Shown: in pieces, positions 25,181 to 37,806 of the stretch
Layout of the letters: each line of letters begins with the position of its first letter
Numbering within the stretch: position 1 is the stretch's first letter
Source of the DNA: Octopus sinensis
Taxonomy: Eukaryota
Direction of reading: 5' to 3'
Length of the DNA stretch: 64,000 nt
Assembly (NCBI RefSeq): GCF_006345805.1
Contig: NC_043025.1
Span: forward strand, 14,694,001-14,758,000
Notes under the pieces: generated by a model
Seen by the model: only the letters and a program-made list of their open reading frames with translations
Told to the model about the DNA's origin: nothing
Databases searched by the model: none
Translations under genes and position numbers: made by a program

Positions 25181-25586
25181 CTTTTCTTTATTTAATACTT
25201 AGGGTTTATATAAAAGATTGTGGATTGCACAGGCGAACACAACAGATTAGGTTAGAGCAGTGTAAGACAACATCTGATAGCCTGGTTGATAATGTGATGT
25301 AGCGTTATATATAGAGAGAGATTGTTTTAGCTCATTTGCCTTGGGGTGGTTGATTTCTGTGGTTATTATCAGTGTATTTTAGCGATTTAAATAAGAGTTT
25401 TGACTGCTATTTCCAGCAGGTAGACATACTTGTTATACCCTTTGATTAATTTTACATATATATATATATAATTATAATATATATAGTATCTAACGGAAGC
25501 TTTATGAAAATAAACAAAAGACGAAGGCAGGTGGTACAAACAAACCATTGTATTAGTATGGCGCTCAAGAATATAAATAAAACAAG

Positions 25587-25624
25587 TCTTTTACGTTTCG
25601 AGCCTACGCTCTTCAACAGAAAGA
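25587..25624 (-). ncRNA. Minimal hammerhead-like motif (A6U core) in a Penelope-like repeat
   Basis: TCTTT-CTGTTGA-A-GAGC gtag GCTC-GAAA-CG-TA-AAAGA; stem I covaries with the copy at 22817. Confidence 0.6.
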
Positions 25625-25856
25625 TATACAGAAAAGAAACAAGGAGAGAAAAATATGTGTGCAGAAGCTAGCGATTCACATGGCGATCTGATTCCATGGA
25701 TTGTATGTTATGATAATTATTATTGAGGGAATAAAATCCAAACTTACAAGGAAAAAATTCAATTTAGAAATACTAAATCAAATTCACACACATATAATAT
25801 ATATTAATATATATATATATATATCTATATATATATATATATATAATATATATATA

Positions 25857-26903
25857 TTAAGGTATGTAGAAAAATACAACATGGACAAGAACGTATAACT
25901 CTTAGAAGACGATACAATAAACACGGACAAGACATTCGAAACCCTCAGTCTTCAGTCAAGAACCGGATCATCGTAGTAATTTCGGCTGATTAATCTTGAG
26001 ATTACTAGATCACGGCCAGCCCTCCAAGAAAAACTAAGCAACGAGCATTAGAAAAACTAAGCTGGGAGCGTAGATTTCATGGAAGAAGGATCGAATGCAT
26101 ACGGACACCAGGACAGCAAAAGGGACGAATATAAAAAAACATGGAATACAGAGACATGAAATACAGAAGCATTAACGGTGAAACACAACAAGTGTCTTAC
26201 GACTGATAACAAGCAAACAAATTTTTTCTCTGGCGCAAAGGAAAGGAGCCTTATCGGCGATGCCTATAGCGGCGGACGAAAAACAACGATGTTAACACGA
26301 CGCTGGTCAGAAGCTGAAAGGCAGATTTCGGCCAGCAGTCACGTGACAGAGAAGAGAGAAAAGAAAGAAAGAGAAGCAACGGAAGAGAAGAGAGAGAGGA
26401 GGGACAAACGCGACAAAGAGCGAGAAGAGAGAGAAAGAAGGAATCAGAGAGGAAAGGGATGGGTGTCGAAGAGCGACCTGTGAGTGCAGAGCGAGACAAA
26501 GAAATAGGAGGGTAGTGGAAGATTAGACCAAAGAATCAAGGAAAGAGAAGAGAAAAAGAGGATGAGTAGAGAGAGAAGGGACAGATCAAGTAAAAGTGAG
26601 AGAGAGAGAGAGACAAACAAAGAGGTACCAGTTATTAAGAATATGTGCTGACATTAATGTTAAGAGGGTACGTGGCCTGGATATATGTTAAGGTATGTAG
26701 AAAAATACAACATGGACAAGAACGTATAACTCTTAGAAGACGATACAATAAACACGGACAAGACATTCGAAACCCTCAGTCTTCAGTCAAGAACCGGATC
26801 ATCGTAGTAATTTCGGCTGATTAATCTTGAGATTACTAGATCACGGCCAGCCCTCCAAGAAAAACTAAGCAACGAGCATTAGAAAAACTAAGCTGGGAGC
26901 GTA
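25857..26903. mobile_element. Element with apparently identical 216-bp terminal direct repeats (Penelope pLTR-like partial tandem)
   Basis: 25857-26072 matches 26688-26903. Non-coding GA-rich core, flanked by (TA)n, no TG..CA ends. Confidence 0.65.
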
Positions 26904-26910
26904 TATATAT

Positions 26911-27240
26911 ATATATAAATTAGAAAAAAACCCACCTTTTATCAATTCAAAATGAACAATTAAATTACCCCATCTAGAAAATTACATATAATAGAAATAT
27001 TAAAATTAAAATAACAATGTCAATGATTAAGTAAATTGCAAAAAATAATAAAAACGTCTATAATTGGTATACATTTTTATTATTATTATTTTATTATTAT
27101 TATTATTATTTTGCAATTTACTTAATCATTGACATTGTTATTTTATTTTTAATATTTCTATTATATGTAATTTTCTAGATGGGGTAATTTAATTGTTCAT
27201 TTTGAATTGATAAAAGGTGGTTTTTTCTAATTTTTATATA
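26911..27240. repeat. Near-perfect fold-back palindrome (~140-bp arms)
   Basis: TTAGAAAAAAACCCACCTTTTATCAATTC...GTAAATTGCAAAA is mirrored at 27108-27240. Confidence 0.92.
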
Positions 27241-27370
27241 TATATTATTATATTGTGTGAAATTTGATTTAGTATTTCTAAATTGAATTTTTTTCCTTGT
27301 AAGTTTCGATTTTATTCCCTCAAATAATAATTATTATTATATATATATAAAATTAATCAAAGGGCATATA

Positions 27371-27405
<35 letters not shown>

Positions 27406-27957
27406 TCTGTTGTGTCTGGAGAGAGTCATTCCTTTTTAGTGCTTTATTATTTAACACACTCACTGGTTAAATTTCCACTCATTTCTTTATTTTCCTAAAA
27501 TTTTCGTTGCATCTTGCAACCTTTCCAATAGTCTTGACTCTGTCCGTTATTCACACTGTGTTCCCTTTTGCTCGTTTGTGCACATGTGTATGGGTCAGTG
27601 TGAGTGTGTGTGCCTATATATGCATGCATGTATGCATGTGTGTGTATGCATGTATATGTGTGTGTGTGTGTGTGTGTGCATATGTATATATTTATTTTTG
27701 TACATTTGTATGTATTCTGCATATTCATGTGTTTGTGCATTTTTATGTATGCATGTGTGTGTGTGTGTGTTATGCAACTATGTACCATGTTTGTATGTAT
27801 GGACGTGCATCTCCATATGTGTCCTTGTTTGAAGTAAAGTGTGTGTGTATATATGGTCATGTGTTTCAGTCTCCATTTGCGTATGTGTGCTTGTCTATTC
27901 ATATATCCTATGTACCTATTCATCTGTATGTCGATCTGTTTACTTTCATATCCATAT

Positions 27958-28328
27958 ACTCTTTACTCTTTTACTTGTTTCAGTCATTTGACTGCAGCCA
28001 TGCTGGAGCACCGCCTTTAGTCGAGCAAATCGACCCCGGGACTTATTCTTTGTAAGCCCAGTACTTATTCTATCGGTCTCTTTTTGCCGAACCGCTAAGT
28101 GACGGGGACGTAAACACACTAGCATCGGTTGTCAAGCAATGCTAGGGGGACAAACACATACACACACACACATAGGCTTCTTTCAGTTTCCATCTACCAA
28201 ATCCACTCATAAGGATTTGGTCGGCCTGAGGCTATAGTAGAAGACACTTGTCCAAGGTGCCACACAGTGGGACTGAACCCGGAACCATGTGGTTGGTAAA
28301 CAAGCTACTTACCACACAGCCACTCCTG
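27958..28328 (-). mobile_element. SINE family A
   Basis: Full-length match to family A. Confidence 0.9.
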
Positions 28329-28592
28329 TACATAGTTGCATAACACACACACACATATACAAACACACACATATACAAACACACACACACACACATATAG
28401 AGACACGGATCCACACATATGCTTACATACATGTGCATATACATATATAGACATACACCCACACACACACATACATACATCTATCTACATAACAGCCCAC
28501 TAACTATTCTACTCTACCTGTGTAAACTGTGGGTATTGGGGTACGTATATGCACATGTATATAAGCATATGGAAATGAAACTAAACAGATCA

Positions 28593-28992
28593 TAGGCGCA
28601 GGAGTGGGTGTGTGGTAAGTAGCTTGCTAACCAACCACATGGTTCCGAGTTCAGTCCCACTGCGTGGCACCTTGGGCAAGTGTCTTCTACTATAGCCTCG
28701 GGCCGACCAATGCCTTGTGAGTGGATATGGTAGATGGAAACTGAAAGAAGCCTGTCGTATATATGTATATATATATGTGTGTGTGTGTGTTTGTGTGTCT
28801 GCGTTTGTCCCCCTAGTATTGCTTGACAACCGATGCTGGTGTGTTTACGTCCCCGTCACTTGGCGGTTCGGCAAAAAGAGACCGATAGAATAAGTACTGG
28901 GCTTACAAAGAATAAGTCCCGGGGTCGATTTGCTCGACTAAAGGCGGTGCTCCAGCATGGCCGCAGTCAAATGACTGAAACAAGTAAAAGAA
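28593..28992 (+). mobile_element. SINE family A
   Basis: Full-length match, inverted relative to 27958-28328. Confidence 0.9.
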
Positions 28993-29344
28993 AGAAAAAA
29001 AAAGAAAAGATCAACATATACAGACGGATAGGTAGATAGGTTATAAGAACAGGCAAGCACACATACGCACCTGGAGACTGAAGCACATGACCATATGGAG
29101 ACACACAAGGACACATATGGAGACACACAAGGACACATATGGAGACACACGTCCATACATACAAACATGGTACATAGTTGCAAAACACACACATACATAA
29201 AAACACATAAACACATGAATATGCAGAATACATACATACAAATGTAAACACATACATATATACATATGCACACCCACACTGACCCCCACACGTGCACAAA
29301 CAAACAAAAAGGGAACACAGTTTAAATAACAGACAGAGTCAAGA

Positions 29345-29381
29345 CTATTGAAAAGGTTGCAAAATGCAATGAAAATTTTAG
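29345..29381 (+). ncRNA. Hammerhead-like motif with U3-A8 core (copy 1)
   Basis: CTA-TTGAAAA-G-GTTGC aaaat GCAAT-GAAA-AT-TT-TAG. Confidence 0.5.
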
Positions 29382-29563
29382 GAAAACTAAATAAGTTAAT
29401 GAGTGGAAACTTAACCAGTGAGTGTGTTAAATAATAAGGCACTAAAAGAGGATCACTCTCCCCAGACACAACAGAATATGTTTCAACACAATAACTCACA
29501 TAAAGAATCTTGCAAACCAAATCCAAAAACGAAATATGAATATATATCAGTAAAGCGTCAACA

Positions 29564-29601
29564 TCCATTGACAAGGTTGCAAAAGTAACGAAAATTTTGG
29601 A
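29564..29601 (+). ncRNA. Hammerhead-like motif with U3-A8 core (copy 2)
   Basis: TCCA-TTGACAA-G-GTTGC aaaa GTAAC-GAAA-AT-TT-TGGA; stem I covaries with copy 1. Confidence 0.55.
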
Positions 29602-29758
29602 AGAAAAGTATAAATAATTAATGAGTGGAAATGGAACCGGTGAGTGTGTTAGATGATAAGACAATATGACCCTCCCCAGATGCAATATAATTTGCTTAAA
29701 CACACAAATTCACATAAAGAATCTTGAAAACCAGATACAAAAATGAAGCGTATAATAT

Positions 29759-29791
<33 letters not shown>

Positions 29792-29812
29792 TATAAGATA
29801 TATATATTTATA

Positions 29813-30050
29813 TATATTATATTAAATTAGAGATAAAACCACTATTAGGCAAATCAAACAATGAAAAATTAAGCCAATACATTAAATTAATTAATTTATA
29901 TTATTTTAAATATATATCAAAAATATATATCTTTTAATACTTTTGATATATATTTAAATATATAAATTAATTAATTTTATGTATTGGCTTAAGTTTTTCA
30001 TTGTTTGATTTGCCTAATAGTGGTTTTATCTCTAATTTAATATAATATAA
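29813..30050. repeat. Fold-back palindrome (~110-bp arms)
   Basis: TTAAATTAGAGATAAAACCACTATTAGGCAAATCAAAC is mirrored by GTTTGATTTGCCTAATAGTGGTTTTATCTCTAATTTAA. Confidence 0.92.
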
Positions 30051-30415
30051 TATTTTATTATTAATTTTTATTTATATATATACCGGAGTAAACACATAAA
30101 TGTGAAACAAGGTGGAAAAAAGTGTACTCAAAAACTGTCCGATGAACGGCAACGGCAAACTCAGAGTAACAGGTTTTGTTGAATTTTTTGCTTCAACAAG
30201 TATATATATATATATATATATATTATATGATATATATTATATGATTATATATATGTATATATATATATATTATATATAATGTATATATATATATATGTAT
30301 ATATATATGTATAATATATATGTATATATATTATATATGTATATATATATATATTATATATATATATATGTTATATATATATGTGTATATATATATATGT
30401 ATATATATATATTGT

Positions 30416-30770
30416 AAATAATAGTTATCGCCATACTAATATGGCATTCTTATAAAAATAAGAAAAAAGCTGTCCGCTTATTAGCTCCATGAGGCCATCG
30501 CCTTAAGTTAGCTATTTGATACACAAACTGTATCCATATAACCTTCGAACAAGGGAGGTCAGTCGCTCCACACTACTTGACCCCGAAACGCGTCTGTAGC
30601 TGCGCGGTCAAGTAGTGGGAGCGACTGACCTCCTTGTTCGAAGGTTATATGGATACAGTTTGTGTATCAAATAGCTAACTTAAGGCGATGGCCTCATGGA
30701 GCTAATAAGCGGTCAGCTTTTTTCTTATTTTTATAAGAATGCCATATTAGTATGGCGATAACTATTATTT
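30416..30770. repeat. Fold-back palindrome (~165-bp arms) with GAAACGCGTC in the spacer
   Basis: Arms 30416-30582 and 30606-30770 are near-identical reverse complements. Confidence 0.93.
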
Positions 30771-30837
30771 TCCGGGAACGCTGCCGCTGTTCTCTTTTAG
30801 AGAGACTTAGTTATTTTAATATTTCTATTATATATAT

Positions 30838-31207
30838 ACTCTTTACTCTTTACTCTTTTACTTGTTTCAGTCATTTGACTGCGGCCATGCTGGAGCACCA
30901 CCTTTTAGTACTTATTCTATCGGTCTCTTTTTGCCGAACGCTAAGTGCGGGGACGTAAACACACCAGCATCGGTTGTCAAGCAATGCTAGGGGGACAAAA
31001 CAGACACACAAACACCACACATATACATATATATACATATATACGACAGGCTTCTTTCAGTTTCCATCTACCAAATCCACTCACAAGGCATTGGTCGGCC
31101 CGGGGCTATAGCAGAAGACACTTGCCCAAGATGCCACGCAGTGGGACTGAACCCGCAACCGTGTGGTTGGTTAGCAAGCTACTTACCACACAGCCACTCC
31201 TGCGCCT
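30838..31207 (-). mobile_element. SINE family A
   Basis: Family A match with a small internal deletion. Confidence 0.88.
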
Positions 31208-31217
31208 ATATGTATAT

Positions 31218-31248
<31 letters not shown>

Positions 31249-31266
31249 ATATATATAATTATATTA

Positions 31267-31297
<31 letters not shown>

Positions 31298-31745
31298 GTA
31301 TATATATATATATATATATTATATATATTATATATATATATATATTATATATGTATATATTATATATATATATATATATTATATATATATATATTATATA
31401 TAATATATATATATATATATATTATTATATGTATATATATATATATGTATGTATATATATATGTATGTATATAATATGTATGTATATATATATGTATGTA
31501 TATATATATGTATATATATATGTATGTATATATATATGTATGTATATATATATGTATGTATATATATATGTATGTATATATATATATATATATATGTATA
31601 TGTATGTTAATATATGTATGTATATATATATGTATGTTATATATATGTGTATGTATATATATGTGTATGTATATATATGTGTATGTATATATATGAGTAT
31701 GTATTATATATGTATGTATAATATATTATGTATATATATATGTTG

Positions 31746-31785
<40 letters not shown>

Positions 31786-31939
31786 TATATATAGTGTATA
31801 TATATATATATATGTATGTATATATATATGTATGTATATATATAATGTATGTATATATATATATATATGTATATTATATATTATGTATGTATATATATAT
31901 ATATATGTATGTATATATGTATGTATATATATATGTATG

Positions 31940-31991
<52 letters not shown>

Positions 31992-32175
31992 TATATGTAT
32001 GTATATATTATATATGTATGTATATGTTTATATGTATAATATATATGTATGTATATATATATATGTATATTATATATATGTATGTATATATATATGATGT
32101 ATATATATATGTATGTATATATATATGTATGTATATATATATGATGTATATATATATGTATGTATATATTGTATG

Positions 32176-32208
<33 letters not shown>

Positions 32209-32247
32209 GTATGTATATATATATGTATGTATATATATATATGTATG

Positions 32248-32280
<33 letters not shown>

Positions 32281-32347
32281 GTATGTATATATATATATAT
32301 ATGTAGTAATATTATTATGTATATATATATGTATATATATATGTATG

Positions 32348-32387
<40 letters not shown>

Positions 32388-32769
32388 TGTATGTATATAT
32401 AGTATAGATATATATATATTATGTATATATATATGTATGTATATATAGATATTATATATATGTATGTATATATATTAAATGGTGTATTTTTTTAGTATAT
32501 ATATATGTAGGTATATATATGTGTATGTATATATATGTGTATGTATATATATGTGTATGTATATATATAGTATGTATATATATAATGTATGTATATATAT
32601 ATGTATGTATATATATATTATGTATATATATATGTATGGTATATATATGTATGTATATATATATATTATATGTTATATATATATATATGTATGTATATAT
32701 ACTATGTATGTATATATATATATGTATTTATAGATATATTATATGTATATGATATATATATGTATGTAT

Positions 32770-32801
<32 letters not shown>

Positions 32802-32853
32802 TATATTATGTATGTATAATATATATATAGGTATGTATATATTATGTATGTAT

Positions 32854-32893
<40 letters not shown>

Positions 32894-33191
32894 TATGTAT
32901 ATATATATTATGTATATTATATATGTATGTATATATATATGTATGTATATATATATGTATGTATATATATATGTATGTATATATATATGTATGTATATAT
33001 ATGGTAATATAATATGTATGTATATATGTATGTATATATATAATATGTATATATATATATATTATGTATATATAATGTATGTATATATATATATGTATGT
33101 ATATATATATATTATATGTATATATATATATATGTGTATATATATATATATGTATGTATATATTGTATGTATATATATAATATATGTATAT

Positions 33192-33264
<73 letters not shown>

Positions 33265-33968
33265 TATGTATGTATATATATATGTATGTATATATATATA
33301 TGTATGTATTAATATATGTATGTATATATATATGTATGTATATATAGATATGTATGTATATATATATGTATGTATATAGTATGTATATATATATGTATGT
33401 ATATATATATGTATGATATATAATATATTATGTATATATATGTATGTATATAATATATATATGTATGTATACATAGTATGTATATGTATATATATATGTA
33501 TGTATATGTATATATATATGTATGTATATGTATTATATAGATATATATATTATATATGTATGTATAGTACTATATATATGTATGTATATGTATATATATA
33601 TATATATATGTATGTATATGTATAGATATATATATTATATATATTATGTATGTATATGTTATATATATATAATATATATGTATGTGTAGTATATATATAT
33701 ATATATATGTATGTGTATGTATATATGTATGTATATGTATATATATATATTATATATATATATATATATATGTATGTGTATGTATATATATATATGTATG
33801 TGTATGTATATATATAATATAGTATGGGTATGTATATATATATATATATGTATGTGTATGTATATATATATATATATATATGTATGTGTATGTATATGTA
33901 TATATATATGTGTATTATATGTATATATATAATATATATATATGTATGTATATGTATATATATATATG

Positions 33969-34014
<46 letters not shown>

Positions 34015-34030
34015 CGTATATATATATATA
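31208..34030. repeat. ~2.8 kb degenerate (TA)n/(TATG)n microsatellite block
   Basis: Low-complexity array; source of many spurious Y/I/C/M/V ORFs. Confidence 0.97.
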
Positions 34031-34110
34031 ATTAACATCTAATGTAGGATAACATTTTTCGAAAAAAATTCTATCAATGGTCAGCATATCAAAAAATACC
34101 TTTAAAGGTT

Positions 34111-34297
34111 AAATTTATAAACAATTTATAAGTAAGGGTAAAAGAAAAAATTTCTAATGCCAAAATATGCCGAAAATAGACACAACGTCAATAACCATGT
34201 AATATATCACTACAAACACATGTTTCGAAGAAAGCCGACATATTTTGGCATTATAAATTTTTTCTTTTGCCCTTACTTATAAATTGTTTATATATTT
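34111..34297. repeat. Inverted repeat (~60-bp arms)
   Basis: ATAAACAATTTATAAGTAAGGG...TGCCAAAATATG is mirrored; the spacer ends in ACATGTTTCG (reverse complement CGAAACATGT). Confidence 0.85.
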
Positions 34298-35510
34298 ATG
34301 TAAAACAAACCACTCACTACATTCGACATAATTACCACCCATCATCATTTAACATCCGTTCTCCATGCTGGTGTGGGTTGGATGCCTTGACAAGCGCTGG
34401 TAAGCCAGAGAATCGTGCCAGGCTCTTCAGTTTGTTTTGGCAGGGTTTCTGTAACTTGAAGCCCTTCTTAATGCCAACCACTTCACAGAGTGTGTTGGGT
34501 ACTTTTTTTCATGACACCAGCACTGGTGGGGGTCACCAAGTAACGTTGCAAGACAAGACAAAGTTCCCCTTGATTGGGAGCAGTGTTAAAGGAGTTGGCT
34601 TTGTATCAGTTGATGAGGGATTAAGAGATTAATAGACGGATAGCGATGGGTGTTTTTGCTGTAGAAGAAATACAGGGATACCCCATTTGGAGAAAGAAGG
34701 AGAGAGAGATTGGGGATGGAAATGTGTCAGGGCATAACCATGAGATACTGGGGGGGGGGTGAATATAGGGTGAGGTGATAGAGGGGATTGGGTTGGGTAG
34801 GGGGGAAAGGGAAATTTCGCAAGGGAGATGGGGAGATGAGATGGATGTGTCTAGTAATTGAAGGTGAGAGATGTAAGGGGGAAGTTTGGGTTAGATATGT
34901 GAGGGCATTGGGAGAGATAGGGAACAAAAGAGGTGTAAGGGTGGATTGGGTATAGCAGAGAGGAGAGAGAGCATGGCTGGAGGAAGATGAGGAATGGTGG
35001 TGGAAAGGAGGAGTAGGGGAGGAATACAACATTCTATACATCAGCAGCATCAGGTTCCCAACCAAGGTTTGCTAGAATATATTTAAGAGAATGCTGGGAA
35101 TTCAATTAAATCCTTTAGCCATTAAACTGGCCATCATCATAATCATCATCTTGATATAGACTGAAGAAGAAGATCCCCTTCAGTCATGAATGACCATGGG
35201 ATTGCACCTTGGGAGTTCCCCTCCGAGGCACAGGTCTTGGCAAGGTTGTTTCTGGAAGACCAGCAGCCACCCATGCAGGGGGGAGGCTATATTGGTTTCT
35301 TCTTCTCCAAGGGAAAGGCAAAGGGGCCGATACAGCTTGGCACCAATGATGTTGCAACTTATTTCTGAACTGGAACAACGTGAAATATTGCTCAAGAACA
35401 CAATGCACTACCCAGACCAGGAATTGAACTCACTACCTCATGATCGGGAGCCTGATACTCAAACCACTGGGTCATGTGCCTTCGCATAGACTATATATAT
35501 AAGACTACAT

Positions 35511-35925
35511 GGCAGCGAGCTAGCAGAAACGTTAGCGCGCCGGGCGAAATGCTTAGCAGTATTTCTTCTGCGTTACGTTGTGAGTTCCAATTCCGCCGAG
35601 GTCGACTTTGCCTTTCATCCTTTCGGGGTCGATAAATTAAGTACCAGTTACGCACTGGGGTCGATGTAATTGACTTAATACCTATGTCTGTCCTTGTTTG
35701 TCCCCTCTGTGTTTAGCCCCTTGTAGGTAATAAAGAAATGGGTATTTCTTCTGCCGCTATGTTCTGAGTTCAAATTCTGCCGAGGTTGACTTTGCCTTTC
35801 ATCCTTTCGGGGTCGATAAATAAAGTACCAGTTACGCACTGGGGTCGATGTAATCGACTTAATCCCTTTGTCTATCCTTGTTTGTCCCCTCTATGTTTAG
35901 CCCCTTGTGGGTAGTAAAGAAATAT
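35511..35925 (+). mobile_element. SINE family B with a duplicated body
   Basis: Head GGCAGCGAGCTAGCAGAAACGTTAGC followed by two body units. Confidence 0.88.
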
Positions 35926-36287
35926 ATATATGACTACATGCATTATCTTCAAACTGGTCAGGTCCAGCCTCTCACACCTACCCTGCAATGTCATTCTAAT
36001 ACTAAACGATTGTGTTATCATAATCTTAAGGCTGTGAGTTAATCCACAATTAATTCAAAACAATGGGAATAAAGAAGGATTACATTTGACAGAGTAATCT
36101 AAAATGCTTCAGCCTTTAAACTGGCCATCCATATCTGGCCCAAAATATTCTCCATGTTTTCATCTTCAAACTGGTAAGATCTGGCCTCTCGCACCCACCC
36201 CGCAATGTCATTCTGAACCATGTTTCACTCAACCATGTGTCTTCAAATATATATGCGTGCGTGAGAGAGAGAGAAGTTATGTCAATC

Positions 36288-36315
<28 letters not shown>

Positions 36316-36318
<3 letters not shown>

Positions 36319-36512
36319 AGAGTTTACGAAAAAAAACAACAAAAGACGAAGACAGGTGGTGTACAAAACAAACAGATGTATTAGTATAACGCTCAGGAAT
36401 AGAAAAAGTCTTTTATGTTTCGAGCCTATGCTCTTCTACAGAAAGGGACACAGAAAAAAACAAGGAGAGAAAAAAATGTGTGTAGTGGTTAACTATCAAG
36501 CAATCGATTGCA
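36316..36512 (-). mobile_element. Short Penelope-like repeat with a hammerhead-like motif (36409-36446)
   Basis: CTTT-CTGTAGA-A-GAGC atag GCTC-GAAA-CA-TA-AAAG; homologous to the copies at 3893 and 25492. Confidence 0.6.
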
Positions 36513-36516
36513 GATA

Positions 36517-37806
36517 CGAGGGGCGTTCAATAAGTAATGCCTCTGACCCACTTGCAGTTGTTTGATCTAGCTGAAATTTTGCATGTGCAATTATTTATAT
36601 CTCCATAGATTAAGTGGCAAATTACAGCTCTGAACGAATTGTGGTTTCCGATTTACAGGTGTTTGAACTGAGTCAAGTGTGAAATGGAGCATGTTGAGTG
36701 TCGAGCAGTGATCCGGTTTTTGTATTTGAAAGGACGCACACCACGGGAGACTTTTGATGAAATGAAAGTAACTTATGGTGATGATGCCCCATCATATGAC
36801 CTTGTAAGACGCTGGCATCGTGAATTCAAACATGGTCGGAACTCTGTGGAAACAGCTCCCAGATCTGGTTGCCCCCTTCTGCCATTGATGAGGCATCTGT
36901 CTGTCAAGTTGAGGCTGCCATTTTGGAAGATCGACGCATAACTATTCGCTAAATAGCCCATGAGGGCAAGATTAGTACCGGGTCTGTGGAAACTATCATT
37001 CATGACCATTTGCATATGCAAAAGGTGTCTGCCAGATGGATTCCCAGGTTGCTCACACCTTTCCGGAAGCAAGAACGCGTCGATTGCTCGAGGATGAATT
37101 TGGAGATGTGCCAAGAAGATGAGTCAAAATTTTTCAAAAGACTGATTGCATAGGATAAAACCTGGGTCCATCACTATGATCCAGAGACCAAAGCCCAGTC
37201 AATGCAGTGGAAGCACTGTGACTCACCTCCTCCAAAGAAGGCAAGGGTGCAGCCCTCCGCTGGCAAGGTCATGCTTACAGTCTTCTGGGACCAGGACGGA
37301 GTAGTGAAGACAGATTTCCTGGCAAAGGGTGCCACAATTACAGGAGTCTATTATGCTTCACTTTTGAGGAAATTAAGAGAAGCTATCAAAATCAAGAGGC
37401 GGGGCAAGATCAGCAAAGGCATCCTCCTCCTGCAGGACAACGCTCCGATCCACAACTCGCGTGTCGCCAGATCAGAAGCACAGGCATGCGGCTATGAACT
37501 CATCCCCATCCCCCCTACTCTCCTGACCTTGCACCCTCTGATTTTCACCTCTTCCCAGCCATGAAGTTGATTTTGAAAGGAAAGCGTTTCCCAGATGATG
37601 CAGCCTTGATTTCTGAAGTCACGTTGAGATTGGAGGACCAAGCTGGGGTCTTCTACAAAAACGGTCTTCAGAGCTGCATCAAACGATGGGAGAAATGCGT
37701 AACTCTGGGTGGTTTCTATGTAGAAAAAGACTAATAACTGTTCCAAGTTTCGTTGCTCTACTGCTATTGGAATTGGGTCAGGGGCATTACTTATTGAACG
37801 CCCCTC

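Larger units (their letters stand above)
27403..29750. mobile_element. Inverted and tandem copies of a Penelope-like repeat carrying U3-A8 hammerhead-like motifs, with nested SINEs
   Basis: 27403-27957 is a diverged reverse complement of ~29010-29478. A third, tandem copy follows at ~220 bp period (29560-29750). Confidence 0.7.

Noticed and set aside
25930-25965. CTGAAGA...GAA on the minus strand of the 216-bp direct repeat as a hammerhead
   Set aside because: I could not build a convincing stem II, GAAA or stem I pairing.
31141-34087. Numerous long Y/I/C/M/V ORFs (also 12641-13387 and 17134-18377)
   Set aside because: These are translations of (TA)/(TATG) microsatellites.
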